Assembly (NCBI GenBank): GCA_020891255.1
Contig: BQFW01000011.1
Location: forward strand, 1,736,001-1,800,000
Length of the DNA: 64,000 nucleotides
Source of the DNA: Entomortierella parvispora E1425
Taxonomy: Eukaryota; Fungi; Mortierellomycota
Direction: 5' to 3'
In this document: positions 12,112 to 25,315 of the stretch, piece after piece
Layout of the letters: the number at the start of each line of letters is the position of its first letter
How positions within the stretch are numbered: the first letter of the stretch is position 1
The notes under the pieces: generated by a model
Seen by the model: the letters and a program-made list of their open reading frames with translations, nothing else
Databases searched by the model: none
What the model was told of the DNA's origin: nothing
Program-made: the position numbers and the translations under genes

Positions 12112-14304
12112 CTAATACTCTTCGTCACTTTCGTCGCCATCTTCAACATAGTTCGACAAGCGTGGACAATAGTTCTCAATCCATTCTTCTGCCTCGGGTT
12201 CGATTGCATCCTCTGGCAGAGACAAGTATCTCAACTTGGGCATCCGTCTTGCGAGCCGTTGGACGTGGTTGACATTGAGACGTTTATTCCAAGTCGGCGT
12301 TGAAATTTGCAGCTCCCTCAACTGCCCACAGACCAGCTCTTTCTTCTCCAAAGTGTCTGCTGACGGCGTTGACGGCAAGGAGAGGTCGATCAGCGCCTCC
12401 AGATGGATCCCGGCCCCATGGATCGTCAAAGACCGCAATGATTTCAGGCTCGCCATCCACTCGCGGAACGCCTCGTTCTCGGTCACTCCACCGTCGTTCT
12501 CATAGTCCAATCGAACGCTCACAAACTTGACAATCTCCAACTTGTCACGACACCCCGTGTTCTCCTCCAGTCCTTTTCCTCCCCTCGTCAAAGGCATCCA
12601 GGGTCGACTCCATAAACTCGATTCTTCAACGGTAAAGAATCCGCTCTGGTCCCTCCACGAAATGGGTAAATGAATCTCCCTCAGCTCATCGCAGGAGCTC
12701 AAAAAGCGACTGATGCTCTTAGCCTTGAAAAGATACAGGAAACTCACAGTTCCGTCGCGCTCTACTGGGTTCCAACTGATGTTGATCACAAAAGACCTTA
12801 AATGTCGCCGGATCGACTCTTGTTCAGACAAAATCTCCAAAAAGTTGTCGGGAAGACTGTAAGGGCTCGAGAACTCGAGTCTGGACAGTTTTAACCAAGG
12901 AAAAGTGACGAAGCGGCCTCTAGATAGAATCGTGTACTCAATAGATTCGTGCAGAAGCCCAACATGAGGTCCGTAATCCCGACCCAAGTTTCGAAAGTGC
13001 TCCAGTCGATAATAGTCAAAGCGTTGATCCTCCCTTTCCTTATACTCTTGATCCGAAAAGAATCTCGCTGGAGAACCCTCACAAGGTGGGAACGCAGAAA
13101 TAGGCCGCGCACGGTCAAAGAGGTCGGGGATCGTGCCTCCTGTCACTGAAAGGGAAGGATGAGGAAGGTAGGCGAGCTCCAAGGCTTGGATGGTGGTCTC
13201 CTCCTCCACCTCATCGTGAAAAGTCAGTCGAACAAGTCTCGGCAGGTGAAGAAAGAACTCCATCATCAGCCTATCCTTCTTGAGCAAGACTGTCTGGCCA
13301 TCATCGTCCTCATATTCGTCTTCGTCGACCAAGTAAAGATCGACTGCAGCCAAATACAATTCTTTCAACGGAATCATCTTTCTCCTGGAGCCGCCTTTAG
13401 CTTGGAAATGAGAGGCTGTCCAAGGTCCTGTCGGGTACGCCGTTGCAATGTCGGCATTGAGCAAAACCCTAGGCTCGTCTCCTTTCACAACAACATCAGG
13501 AGCGTCGTAGACTAAAAGCCGAGGACAAGCTCCCAAAAACTGTAAAATGGAGGAGCGCGAGGTATTCCATCCCTTCACCCATGGATTGTTGATTAGCTTG
13601 AACTTGAATCGCTCCAATCCCTGGAGGTGGCCCTCAACCGCCGCTCGGGTCAGCCAGTCCAGGAGCGGCAGATTTGTTCCAGGTGAGGCTAGTTCGAGAA
13701 GTCGAAGTTGATTGGAGAGGAACGCGTTGGGGAGTGCCAGAGCAAGAGGCGCGTCTTCTGAATGAGAAGACTTTGGGACGAATTGTTGAGGGGGTTGGCC
13801 GTGTAGCCACTGACGCGTCAAGGAGCCATCATTATCATCGTTGTCAAGAAAGATGACCCTGCCCGGGACAAAGAGTCCAAAATAGCGCTTCTCCCTTCTA
13901 TTATCTTCCACCTCGGTTCCTCCTTCTTCCACCCTTTCCTCGGTCAAGCCCATGAAGTGCCTCATAAACCCACAGGGATCCAAGTCTGAGAAACTGATAT
14001 GAGCCTTGGAGAGATGGTAGCAGCTGGTCCGAACCTGATCAAGCTCGTCCAAGATGGTATATCCGCCTGCAGTTGGCATCCGTTCCCAGCTTTCAACCCA
14101 ATGACAGTATTTATCCAGGAACTCGGGAAGACCATGGCGACCAGTCCTGATCTTGCTCCAGAGCGTCCGATTCCAGAGGGCATAGAAGAAACGTGAGACT
14201 TGACAACAGCGACTGAGATCCTTGATAGAAAGATAGCGCTCCACCTGCAAATGAAGCTCTGGCAAGCCAAGGACGCGTTCGAGCGCGGACTGTTGAGAGT
14301 GCAT
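12112..14304 (-). CDS. Intronless F-box protein with degenerate LRR-like C-terminal region
   Basis: ORF 12112-14442; likely start MHSQQ at 14304. N-terminal F-box LERVLGLPELHLQVERYLSIKDLSRCCQVSR is followed by LxxLxL repeats (LRSLTI, LRELQI, LRYLSL). Confidence 0.8.
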   Translation of the reverse strand: MHSQQSALERVLGLPELHLQVERYLSIKDLSRCCQVSRFFYALWNRTLWSKIRTGRHGLPEFLDKYCHWVESWERMPTAGGYTILDELDQVRTSCYHLSKAHISFSDLDPCGFMRHFMGLTEERVEEGGTEVEDNRREKRYFGLFVPGRVIFLDNDDNDGSLTRQWLHGQPPQQFVPKSSHSEDAPLALALPNAFLSNQLRLLELASPGTNLPLLDWLTRAAVEGHLQGLERFKFKLINNPWVKGWNTSRSSILQFLGACPRLLVYDAPDVVVKGDEPRVLLNADIATAYPTGPWTASHFQAKGGSRRKMIPLKELYLAAVDLYLVDEDEYEDDDGQTVLLKKDRLMMEFFLHLPRLVRLTFHDEVEEETTIQALELAYLPHPSLSVTGGTIPDLFDRARPISAFPPCEGSPARFFSDQEYKEREDQRFDYYRLEHFRNLGRDYGPHVGLLHESIEYTILSRGRFVTFPWLKLSRLEFSSPYSLPDNFLEILSEQESIRRHLRSFVINISWNPVERDGTVSFLYLFKAKSISRFLSSCDELREIHLPISWRDQSGFFTVEESSLWSRPWMPLTRGGKGLEENTGCRDKLEIVKFVSVRLDYENDGGVTENEAFREWMASLKSLRSLTIHGAGIHLEALIDLSLPSTPSADTLEKKELVCGQLRELQISTPTWNKRLNVNHVQRLARRMPKLRYLSLPEDAIEPEAEEWIENYCPRLSNYVEDGDESDEEY

Positions 14305-14525
14305 CAAGGGGATCAAGGGTGGCAATGAGTGGGGATGAATGAACGAATGGAGAGAGCAAGATGGAGGGAAATAAAAAAGAAAAGGGCATCGCCCTGCCGC
14401 AGGTCCTGCCGCAGGTGGCGCCCATGCATGCAGGGGATACACCCTTAAATTCCAATGATCCTTGGTTTCTTATCAGTAGATATTTTATTCTTCCAAGTTT
14501 TCTCGCTCCTCTGTCTTGGACTTCC

Positions 14526-16748
14526 TCAGAAGTGCTCGTTCTCAGTACCCGTCAGCACCACCATCCAGGCTAAGTACTGGTCCTTGAGTTTCTCGCTTTT
14601 GACTATCCTCCTTGCCAACGCCAGCCATTCGGTCGTGCTCAGGTCCTTCAATCCATAGTCTTCGCGACTCCTGTACTCGACCAGGTACTCGGGCTGCTTT
14701 TCTGGTTCCAAGTTGGCCTGTGTCAGGTTCACCCAGTACTGTGTGTAATTCAAGGGGAATCCAAAGGTGATTGGAGGCGCGGGTGCAGGGTTGGCCGGTC
14801 TTCTGGGTTTTTTGGGCTTCTTTGGCTTTTTCTTCTTTTTCTTCTTCTTGCCCTCTTGATCGACATTGTCCAGATCCACGTAGTCGTCCTCGTTCTCGTC
14901 CTCATTATCCTGTTCCTCGCCTTGTTCAAGGCCATCGTCGCCGGGCTGATCAGGCTCACTAGGCTCATCCTTCTCGATCGCGAGCTGATACGAGTATACA
15001 CGCAGCGATGGGTTGTAGGTTGGCACTACAGAAGGGCCAACGATGGCAATGGCATAATCGTTCACCTTGGCCTTCTTTGGGATATCCTCGTATTGTTCCC
15101 AAAGGTCAATTAGGTAAGAGTTCAAACCCAGAGCATGAAAAGGATCATATTCGTCGTCGTCCTCCTGGATCAGCTGGCGGTGTTTCGTTGACCTCTGGAC
15201 CTGAAAGCTGGTCTGCCCCGCATTTTGGTTGTCCGTCTTCTTCTCATCCAAAGTGGCCGATTGAAGCCCAGCATCTTCTTTAATGGTGGCTTGAGAGAGG
15301 ATGAAAAAGTGATCAATGTTGGCATGTCCAAACAGATGACTCACGATCACATCCTGGTACTTCAACGCAATGTCCGTGTAGCGAACATAGCATGTTGGCG
15401 AATAAGACTTGCGGGCAGGAGGAACGTGTCCTGTCAAGTAAGCCGTCATCTTTCGCCTCCGCAATGACTCCAACTCCACCTCGAGCCAGTCCATCTGTTC
15501 AGTGCCTGGTTCTCCCTCCCGCTCACATCCATCCACGGCCGCGTTCTGGTTGAAGAAATAGAGCGTGTTCAGGGCCACGACACTGATCTTTCCAGGAACT
15601 ACCTCATTCGTATAATAGCCTCCAAATTGAAAAGTGTGGTACTGACTCTCGGGGATGAACTCTGACCAGATGTCAGAGAAATGTTGAAGGATCCGGTTAG
15701 GTCCTGCTTGCATAATGTTGTGAGGATAGACATCGTTGTTGCCAATCGAGGGAACGATCGGGATACGTTGTTGGAACGGATCATCCTTGTCGGGTGCAAA
15801 GGTTTCCAGAAAGCGGTTGGCGATTTCCTTGTTCAGAGCCTCAATTTCTTCCTGAGTACGGGGATGTTCGTTATCGGAATCGTGCCTAAGAAGATCGAGA
15901 TCCGTTATTCCAGCAAAAAGAAGAAAAGAGATCGAACGGCCATTCTTGTTAGAAAAAAGTAGATAGCGGGGAAATCTCCATAAAAGATATTTTTCTCGGT
16001 TCCAGATCATCCCCATCTCCATCCCAGGTCCCGACCCAATATCTGGTTCAGGATCGATGCCGCAATTCGTGAGTCGTGACAAAAATGTTCCAGGAGTGAC
16101 CGGAAGAGAAGGGGAGGTGGGCAAGGAGAAGAAGGCTGTTGCAGTCGAGGGGACGGATGTGGACCAGGGACCGGCAGCGGGAGGGGCCACTGTTTTGTTT
16201 TGTGTTTTTGTGTGTGTTTTAGAATATAAGATCTCCCATTACCTTGCGTTGTCCCCTGTCCACACCACGAAATCAATGTTTCCAATGAGGTTCTTGTCGA
16301 TCCATGCAAATGTCGCATTCGAGAGCGAAAAGGGACTATCACAGATGGAATAAGGTGATCCGTATTTGCCTCCGTGGCCTCCATCTCTGCGTCCTGGTCT
16401 AAACATCCTCATGTCATCGTCATCGCCGTCGGTCGTGTTCCTGTGGCATGAGGAAGAGATCGATCCTCCAACCAGATAGTGCTCATCGGGGTGAATGTCC
16501 GTGATGTGCAGAAACTTGCCAACGAGCCGAGACTCATCAGGGTCATACGGGTTGTCGAGTTGCCGACGACCCAGGGACTTGGCTTCTACACATGATGATG
16601 CCGATGGACAGAGGTGCCACAGACAAGAGAGGAAGCAACACAAAAGGACCAGACGCGGGGTTGAGGACCGACGGTGCATCGAAGTGCTTCCCTGTCTCGA
16701 GGATCGTGCAGCCGTTGGGCAGCACGTTGATGCTGAGCAAGAGTTCAT
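14526..16748 (-). CDS. PPN1: Endopolyphosphatase (Ppn1-type calcineurin-like metallophosphoesterase)
   Basis: Exon 1 (16748 or 16679 to 16243) has an N-terminal hydrophobic anchor, FLHITDIHPD and WTGDNAR. After intron 16242-15886, exon 2 has HDSD, SIGNND, GHVPP, FGHANIDHF, SVVPTYNPSLRVY and YTQYW. Confidence 0.92.
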
Positions 16749-17814
16749 GCAGCAGCAATAGATCGATCGTGGGTCAGTTGGGATTCGTTCAAAACGATGA
16801 CAAAAAGACCCTGGATTTGCTGAGGGTATGGTAGCTGGTGGATAAACACGCGTATGGACTTGAGCCGTTGTGAACCTTGAAGGCGGGTTGTTGGACAGGG
16901 GAAGAGCAGCAGCGAGGTGATCCGTTCACAATGAGCTAATCAGGTTCTTTTTTTCTTCCTTGAATGAACAAGACGGATGTGAATGTCGATGGAGAAGGAA
17001 GAGAGAGGACGCTGAATGGCAAGAAGGGAAAACAAAGAAGAGAAGGAATGAGTGCAACGGATGTATGAAGGAGAAAAAGACAAAGCTGATCAGAGTTGGG
17101 TTTTGTGACTGCAAAGAAAAAAGAATGAGCTTGAGCTGAGATGGGATTCTCATGGGGAGAGAAAGAGAGCAAACGACGAGAGCGACGAGAAAGACGAGAG
17201 AAAGGAGGCAGGCAAGGGCAATGCAGGACAGGGCTGCAGCAACAGACGAGATGACTGTGGCAGCCAGCCCGTCCGTCAGTCAGGCAGGCGGGCAGGAAAA
17301 ACAGGGGGACAACCAGCAACTGTGGAGAAACATCACAGTGCAACCGCGTGCAGCCGTGCGAGCACGTTCTTCCGATGCAGACGGACATTTTTCTCATTGT
17401 TCGAGCCAATAGTCCACCAGCACCACCGTTGCACACGACAGCAGCAAGGGAAGGCACAAGATCGGCAGAAATAGTTGTGGGCACATCTTGCGCAACCACT
17501 GCTCTCCCGATGGTTCTCCTGTGCCTTAGTGCACCTCTATTTCCCCCACGTGGGCTCGCATCCTCCATTCTGGCGCGGAAAGTTCAGGTGACAGAGAAGG
17601 CTAGTGTAAGAAAAGGTAACAACCCTCGTCTTTTGCTTCAATGGCACCATGTCGCGAGTTGCTTCTCTCTCTTTCTCTCCGCCAGTCAGAGCAGCAAGTC
17701 TGTGCACGACAACCGCTGCGGTACACCTTTTGTCCCATGCCAACTTTGTCATTGGGTACGTCTTTGTACTGTCAACATATGGTACAATTTTATTTACAAA
17801 TATTGGGAAAGCAG

Positions 17815-19915
17815 TTACGCATGGAAGTCGTCCCATCCTCGGCCCACTGTCTGCGTGAGGTCTTCGGCATCAGGGATACGACCATTAGTGAAGTATCCGG
17901 CCGCAATCTTGGCATCAATCTCTACCTTGGAGTCCTTGGGAACGAGCGAGTCAGGAATTGGCACACGCTCCAAGATTTTGATACCAGCTTCCACGATCGC
18001 GTCGTGTTTCTACCATCAATGAACAAAAGAGACTCAGTATGACGATCCAAGTTGGATTGTATTCTCGTTTGAAAAGATGTTCTACTTACCATGTTGGACA
18101 TGGACATGAATCGGTCAATTTTGGTGACGCCGAGCCAATGCAGGATATCGGGCATCATAGCTTGGAACCGCATGTCCTAGTGAAGGGCAAAAAGATGATT
18201 GTGAGTGAATAATACGGGTTAAGTGTACTTGCCCTGGAGAATCTCAAACACCATTCGAACACTACCTTTACACCAGCCACATCTTCTGTGCGCGTAAAAT
18301 ACTCGGCAGCAGTGTCGCCGATACGCTTTCGGGCATTGTAGACAAGATACTTGGTGACTTCTCCGAGAGCACGTCCTTCTTTGCGGACTAGATTGGTAAA
18401 CCATAAGGAAGATCGTTAGTACCGGAAAAAAAGTCTCAACGACCATCAGACAGTAAAACAAAGGCTATTCACATACAGTAAACGATCAATCCGACGCCTC
18501 CCTTTTGAGCCTCTCGAATAGCGCCCTCCATTCCATAAATGAGGTAGGGGCGGCAAGTACAAATGTCTGAACCAAAGACATCTGAACCATTGCACTCATC
18601 ATGGACGCGCACCGTCAGCTTTGTGTTGGGATCCGAGATGGCCTTGTGGTCGCCAAAGATGTAGATAGTCAATCCTCCGATGGGTGGCAAAAACACCTTC
18701 ATGTCTGGCCGAGTAATGAGTTCTGGATACATGCCGCCCGAGTGCTCAAAAAGCATCCGGCGCAGGTATCCTTCTTCTACTTTTAGCCTCGCTGCGACTC
18801 CAGGAAGGTACCATACGGGATCCACGGCGGCTTTATGGACATTGATCTCGCCCGAGTCATTGATCACCACTTTGCCATCGACGGGTAGCTCCCCAGATTT
18901 AATCTGGGAAAGAAGTTCGGGGACAATCATATGGGCTCGAGTGATGGAAATTGTGGGTCGGATGTCGAGGCCTTCTTTGATCTCATTCTGGAACAACTGG
19001 GTCGTCAAATGGCCAAAGGGATCCATGGATATAATCTTGGATGGATCGGACCATTGGGGTTGCTGTTGGATATCAATGACAGGCTGAGTGTTGTCAAAGT
19101 TGGGTTTGCGATCTGGTGCTAAGTCGCCCATCGCGATGGCCAATGCACGGTAGATGGAGTAAGGACCACCATAGGCTCCAATAGCGTTACTAAATAGAAG
19201 CCAAGAGACCGGATTAGATGACTTTTCTTCAAAAAGATAGAAAACCTTGCATTTTTTTATGCCTACGTACCGAATATTGAATGACAACGGATCTCGAGAA
19301 ACAATGATTGGACCTCGGGCCAGTGGATCGGCTTCGCCCCAGTTCATCTTGGTAGGCTCGACATCTCGTTGATCAGGGTAGGCTAAGCGAGCAAGAGATC
19401 CAATGATCATGTTAGCTGATGAGTGATCGCTTTGTCTTGATAAACTTCATTGCCATAACCTCCAACTGCCACCTTCCGACATCACTTACTTGTCAGTACT
19501 GGAGGAGCGTCTTGAGCAAGAACAGGACGGAATGTTGGAGAAACGATTGTCTCGGCGTCCGAATCTGAATGTCCTAAGGTCGGTCAGGCGATTGATAGCA
19601 ATGGTGGTAAGCAACGGCAAGATCATCTATCATACTATTTCTATCTACAGAAGGTGGTCTTACCATATTGATGGGGGTGGTCATGGATCCCAACTGGATG
19701 TAAATGGTCGACTTTCAGGTAGTGACCATGCGCGGTCTCTGCTTGCATTTTATCGACCTAAACAGAAGGAATCATGGTCAGAGAAAAGGATCGGGACGGT
19801 GATCTGAACGAAGAGAATAAGGAGGGCAAGGGCAAACCTTTTGGGCCAATGCCAGCTGACTTGACTGCAAACTAGACAAGGTCGACAAGATCTGGGTAAG
19901 AATTGCTTCAGACAT
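17815..19915 (-). CDS. GTP cyclohydrolase II-like protein with N-terminal extension (Urc1/Urg1 family)
   Basis: Multi-exon. Motifs NAIGAYGGPYSIYRAL, RPTISIT, PELITRPD, FLPPIGG, RVHDECNGSDVFGSDICTCRPYL (three Zn-binding Cys), FRKEGRALGEVTKYLVYNARK, DMRFQ and EIDAKIAAGYF. Stop at 17815-17817. Confidence 0.9.
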
Positions 19916-20367
19916 GGGGGGAAGGGGGTGAACGGGGTGTTTTGATGGGTGGATAGTATTGTTGAGAGGTGGAAGGTGTAAAAGCAGGTGGAGCGGGGTA
20001 AAAGTGGATAGAGACAAGGAGGGGAGGGGAAGTGTAGGATGTGGAAAGGAGAGAAACAGAGTGGAAAAAAGGAAGGAAGCTGGCTCAGCGAAGGAGAATG
20101 GAGGCACTCGAGGGCCTTTTATAGGTGGTGGGAGGGCTTTCTCGTCAGGTGCCCGTTGAAACGCGTCCTGTCTGGTGCGCGGGTGTGCCCTTCGATCGAG
20201 TCAAATCAGTGACGCCCCTTAAGCTACCCACTTTTCGGTCTGTCTGTGTCTGTGCTGTGTGTGTGCCACACTCTCAATGGGCGAATGTCTTGCATCCTTC
20301 TCGGTGCCCGCATCGGTCCTCTTTCTCTTTTGTCCATTCTCTCTTTTCCTCATCACTCCGCTTCGCC

Positions 20368-22670
20368 ATGCCATTGGTATAATGTCTTTTCGCTGCTGCT
20401 AGTGCTCATCGCCTTGATGTTGACCGCCCCACCCACTAACCCACATTCGGCTTTGGCATCCATCCTTTGGCTCGCTCTAGGAATTCGCTCATCAACATAG
20501 GTAATGGCACCGACTTGGCTGCTAGGACTGGGTAACCGACTGAATACGAACGGCGTACTATTCCATCTGCTGACTTGCCTTCTTATCTCACGCCCTCCTT
20601 CTTACTGCCAACAGTGGACAGTTCCCCGATCCAGGTCCTTGGAAACACCCACAGCCTCGTCCCTTGGAACTGGCTGCTCCCCTTGGACTCGATGCTCTCC
20701 CCACCCAACGCTTTGCCAAGGTCAAGCGCACTTCCTTTGGCTTGAACCTGATGGTTGTCGGTAAGGATTCCAGGGAAGAGATAGGGCTGGCAAGCCCTTG
20801 TTGTCTTTCAATGGCTTGATCTAATCCAATTGACCTCCTGCTCCGTCTCTCTAGGTGAAAGTGGATTAGGAAAGACAACCTTCATGAACACTCTCTTCAA
20901 CACCGATCTCAAGGAGGAGATCCGTCCAAGAAACCCACAATCAACTCAAACCGTCACTATCCAGCCTTCACATTACGGTACATACAACACGGGAGACTGG
21001 ATCTAGATGCAAAGCGTTTGTCGAGAGCAAAAAAAAAAAAAAATGTAGGCGTGGAATGTATACTGACACTCGCTGGATTGTTTTTTCCTCTTTTGTTTTT
21101 TCCACGGATCACATTTAGAACTTGAGGAAGATGGCGTCGTCTTGAAGCTTTGCATCGTGGATACCCCCGGATTCTCTGACGAGCTGAACAGGGAGCACAA
21201 GTAAGTGTCGAAAGGAGATCTGTCTCTTCTCCTTGGATGCAAAAAAGGCATTGAGCTTCTATATTTACGTTTTGTTTTTGCTCAAAAAGAAAAACAAAAC
21301 GACACGCAAAACGAGAGAGCAAATGCTTTACATGCTGCATCCTTTTTTTTTTTTGAATAGGAGATCCTGGGTACTTTGTCCAGTCTCCATGTCTCGCTTT
21401 GTCCAGTCTCCATGTCTCGCTTTGTCCATGCTAACTGCAAGGAAAATGCTCTTTTTTGTTTTACGTAGCCTTACGCCCATTGTAGCATACATCGACAAGC
21501 AGTTTGAGGATTACATGAGTGCTGAGCGTCACCCTGGAGTCCGTCGATCCATCCCAGATACCCGCATTCATGCTGTACTTTATTTCATTGCGCCCAATGG
21601 TCATGGGTAAGGTTCTGTGGAGTCGTGGATTACTTCATTCTCTGACTGGCTCTCAGAAGCTCCATGTTCTAACAGCCCACCATCGCCTTTTGCTTTTTGT
21701 TTTCAATCTTTCCGATGTAGTCTCAAGGAGCTCGACGTGAAGGCGCTCAAGACTTTGTCCCAAAAGGTCAACGTCATCCCCATCATTGCCAAGGCCGATT
21801 CATTGACGGCTGAGGAGAAGGTCCTGTTCAAGAATATTATCGCCCAGGAGCTGGAGGACTATGCCGTCAGGACATTCCCTTCCTCTTACCCTGAAGAGAT
21901 TGACGGTGCTGAGGATTTGCTTGTAAGTTTCCCACAGTTGGAGGATCTGTGTAACATGGCAATTAAGTCTAGTCGCACCATTTGTTTGCCACCAATTTCT
22001 CATTCGATTCTATATTTTTTTTCTCTCTCGTAGCAATACATCCCATTCTCGGTCATCGGAAGTGATAGCGTGGCATCAATTGCAGGAAAGGAAGTGCGTT
22101 GCAGAACCTACAGATGGGGCGTCGTAGAAGGTAAACACATATTCAACCAGGATGTTTTGAAAGGGTTCCAACGTCTAAACTCTTTTTTTTTTCTTTTTTT
22201 CTATTTGTGAACATGTAGTCGAGAACCCTGAGCATTCGGATTTCATTTACCTGAGAGAGATGCTTATGTCGACGTGCTTGCATGATCTTGTGGAGACGAC
22301 TCACTCTATTCATTACCACCGTCACCGTGGGGATGCTCTTCGGGCCGCTGGTCGACCCGTCTCGATCTTGGAGTGCGATGATACCTATGAGTCGCAGATT
22401 GAGGGAACCAAGCAGAACAACAAAAAGGAGATGGAGGAACGCGAGGAGGCCATCCGTCTCATGTTTGTCCAAAAGGTTCAAGAGAAGGAGGCAGATTTGC
22501 GTCAGCGTGAGGAGCAGCTGGTTGCCAAGCGCGCCGAGATGATTGCAGAGCTGGAGCAGTACAGAGCCAGGGTTGAGGCAGAGCAAAAAGAAGTGGACGA
22601 GTTGGCAACGACCTTGTCCCGCAGTGGCACTCTCTCCAAGTCCTCATCTCGTTTGTTCAAGAGCAAATAG
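20368..22670 (+). CDS. Septin GTPase
   Basis: Many introns. P-loop NLMVVG|[15 protein letters not shown]3 [18 protein letters not shown]4 IIAKAD, PFSVIG, RTYRWG and ENPEHSDF, followed by a C-terminal coiled coil. Subgroup not assigned. Confidence 0.95.
21374..21428. repeat. 23-bp tandem duplication (2.4 copies) inside a septin intron
   Basis: ctttgtccagtctccatgtctcg occurs twice, followed by ctttgtcca. Confidence 0.85.
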
Positions 22671-23472
22671 ACAAAGAACGAGCGGGCTATTTGAAAAGCT
22701 ACTTCTCCCTATCCCCCATCCCTTCAAAGGAGATGAAATTCACTATATAGAAAACCCTTCTTTATCCGTAATAGACCATCATGCACTTGAACTTTCCCAC
22801 TCGTGGTTCTTGCTTTTTGAACGATTCTGTTGGTTGCGGTGCCAAAGCACGGTTAATTCATTTGGCCCGTGCTCTGCCGATCATCAAGTCCAAAGTATCT
22901 CACTCAACCTATAGTAGGCTCAGCTAATTTGTCTCTTCTTTCGGAGGTTGAGATCGACGGTGCTGATATCCTTTCGCCTTGTTTTCCCTTAGTACAGAAC
23001 GTGTACCGCTGTGTGGGCCGTGTAAATCCACCTACGGCGCCACTACGCCCAGGTGAAAGAAAGGGACACCGAGAGAGGCACAGCAGGTCCCCCCTTATCC
23101 TTTCCGGGTCCCTTTGCCCCTTCTCGGGCACCTGCCCCCTCTCCAGGCCCTTCCAGAGCAGAGGGCCGCCCCATGTGGTGCCAAGAAGGAAAAAAGAAAA
23201 AAAAATTGTCTCACAGGTCACGGGGGTCGCACCAGCACACACAAATTTCCCGCCATTTTTTCTCTTTTTTCCAAGAATGGACTGGGGGTCCTTTGACCAC
23301 CCTTCCTCTCTCGCTTATTCGTTCTCTCTTCCTTCTTTGACTCCCATTCATTCATCTCTCTTCCCCAATCCTATCCTCGCAATCGCTCCCGTTACTGTTA
23401 CTGACATTCACCCCCCAACCCAAAGAAGCAAGCGTCCCTAAAGAAAAGAAACACAAAAAAAGAGAACTAACC

Positions 23473-24663
23473 ATGTCCCACCAGAGGCAAGACTCGACTG
23501 GGTCCGCCTATGATCCCGCAGTCGCAGCGCAGTACCATCAACTACAGCAACAGCAGCAACATCATCATCCTCTGCACCAACAGCATCCACAACAGCATCA
23601 TCAACCATACAACATCATGCCCCCAATGGGCCATGCACCGCCCCCACCCCTGCAGCACCACCACGACCCTTCCATAGCTCATCAACAACCCATGCAGCAA
23701 GCCCACTTGCACTTGCTCCAGTCGTTTTGGATGAATCAAATGCACGAGGTGGAGAATGTGCCCCAGGATTTCAAATTGCATCACTTGCCCTTGGCCCGTA
23801 TCAAGAAAGTCATGAAGACAGACGAAGACGTTAAAGTAAGGAGACAAACAAACACAAACAACACAAGGGAGGGATCTGTTGGGGGGGAAGAGGAATTGAT
23901 GACGAAGGACCGCTCTTTTTTTATTGTCGTGTGTCCGTCAATGTGCTAAGCACTTTAGTTGCCGCTGTGAGTTTTGCATCTGGAACTAATGTTTGTTTTC
24001 TCTCCTCTGTTTGTTGTTAGGCAAAGATGATCAGTGCAGAGGCTCCAATGCTGTTTGACAAGGGCTGCGAGATCTTTATTACCGAACTGACCATTCGGGC
24101 ATGGTAAAGCACAAACCACCTGCGAAGAACAATGTTCATTGGCAGTTACGCCCACATCTGTGTCCGCCTCGCTTTTCTCGCTGGAGGGTATGACAGGGAA
24201 ATTGCAGACTGGACTGACATTGACTAACCTCACTGTTTATTTCTTTCCCTCTTCCTCCTTACCTCCTACAACCCTCGCTTTTTTTTTCTCGCTCTTTCTT
24301 TTCGGAATTGGATTGTCTTAGGATCCACGCCGAAGAGAACAAGCGGCGGACGCTCCAAAGGAGTGATATAGCGGCCGCTATTACGAAAACTGACATGTTT
24401 GATTTCTTGATCGATATTGTGCCCCGTGAAGAATTCAAGATGGGCAAAGAGTCCAAGGCGGCGGCGGCAGCCGCTGCAACAGCCTTGGGGGAACATCGCC
24501 GGAGTCAGGAGTCTTTTCCTTCTATTGGTTCGAATACTAGCGCAGGGGTGGTGGCTCCTGGACTTCACCCTGCAGGGTTGGAAGGGTACCCGTATGCTTA
24601 TGGCATGCTTGAAGGGTCGTACATGGTAACGATGGTGTTTGTTGGTTTTGTTTGTTAATTGTT

Positions 24664-24699
<36 letters not shown>

Positions 24700-25021
24700 A
24701 AAGTGGAGAAAGTTGCTTTTCAAAAACTGACGGGGATTTTTTTTTTAAAAAATATAGCCAGCTGGAGGACCCATGGACCCGTACCAACAACAACAGCAAC
24801 AGCAACAACTTCAACTCCAATACATGCGAGCACAAATGGCTCAGCAACAAGGTCAAGCACCATCTCACCCACAGCAGCCACATCATTCGCAACAACAGCC
24901 ACATGCACAACAACAGCAACATTTCGAGTTCCAGCCACATGATGGAGACGGCGGCGGCGGACCTGGTGGATCTTCTCAGCCCCCTTTGCCAACGTCAGAC
25001 AGCAGTTGGGCCCCACTTTGA
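23473..25021 (+). CDS. HAP5: CCAAT-binding factor subunit NF-YC (Hap5/HapE)
   Basis: Histone-fold motifs [51 protein letters not shown] and [12 protein letters not shown] over several exons; Q/H-rich termini. Confidence 0.95.
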
Positions 25022-25315
25022 TATCCCCCCTCTCCTTCCCCTCCTCCTTCTCTCTCCCACCTTTCAATTTTGCTTTTATTCTCTTCCTTCTATTTCTCCA
25101 TTGCTTGCTTCAAAACCTCTTGTTTTTCTCACCTTTTGCTTTTCCCTACCCTAATCATCAATTGTCCACTAATCCATCATTCGACTCATTCGACCCAACA
25201 GTTAAATAAAAAAGAAGAAAAAAACAAAGAGCAAAGAGTCGAACGAACAGGAGGAAAAGCGAAAAAAAAAACCCGGGATCAAGTCGACTTAGGAGCTGAT
25301 TTGCGCCAATTCGCG

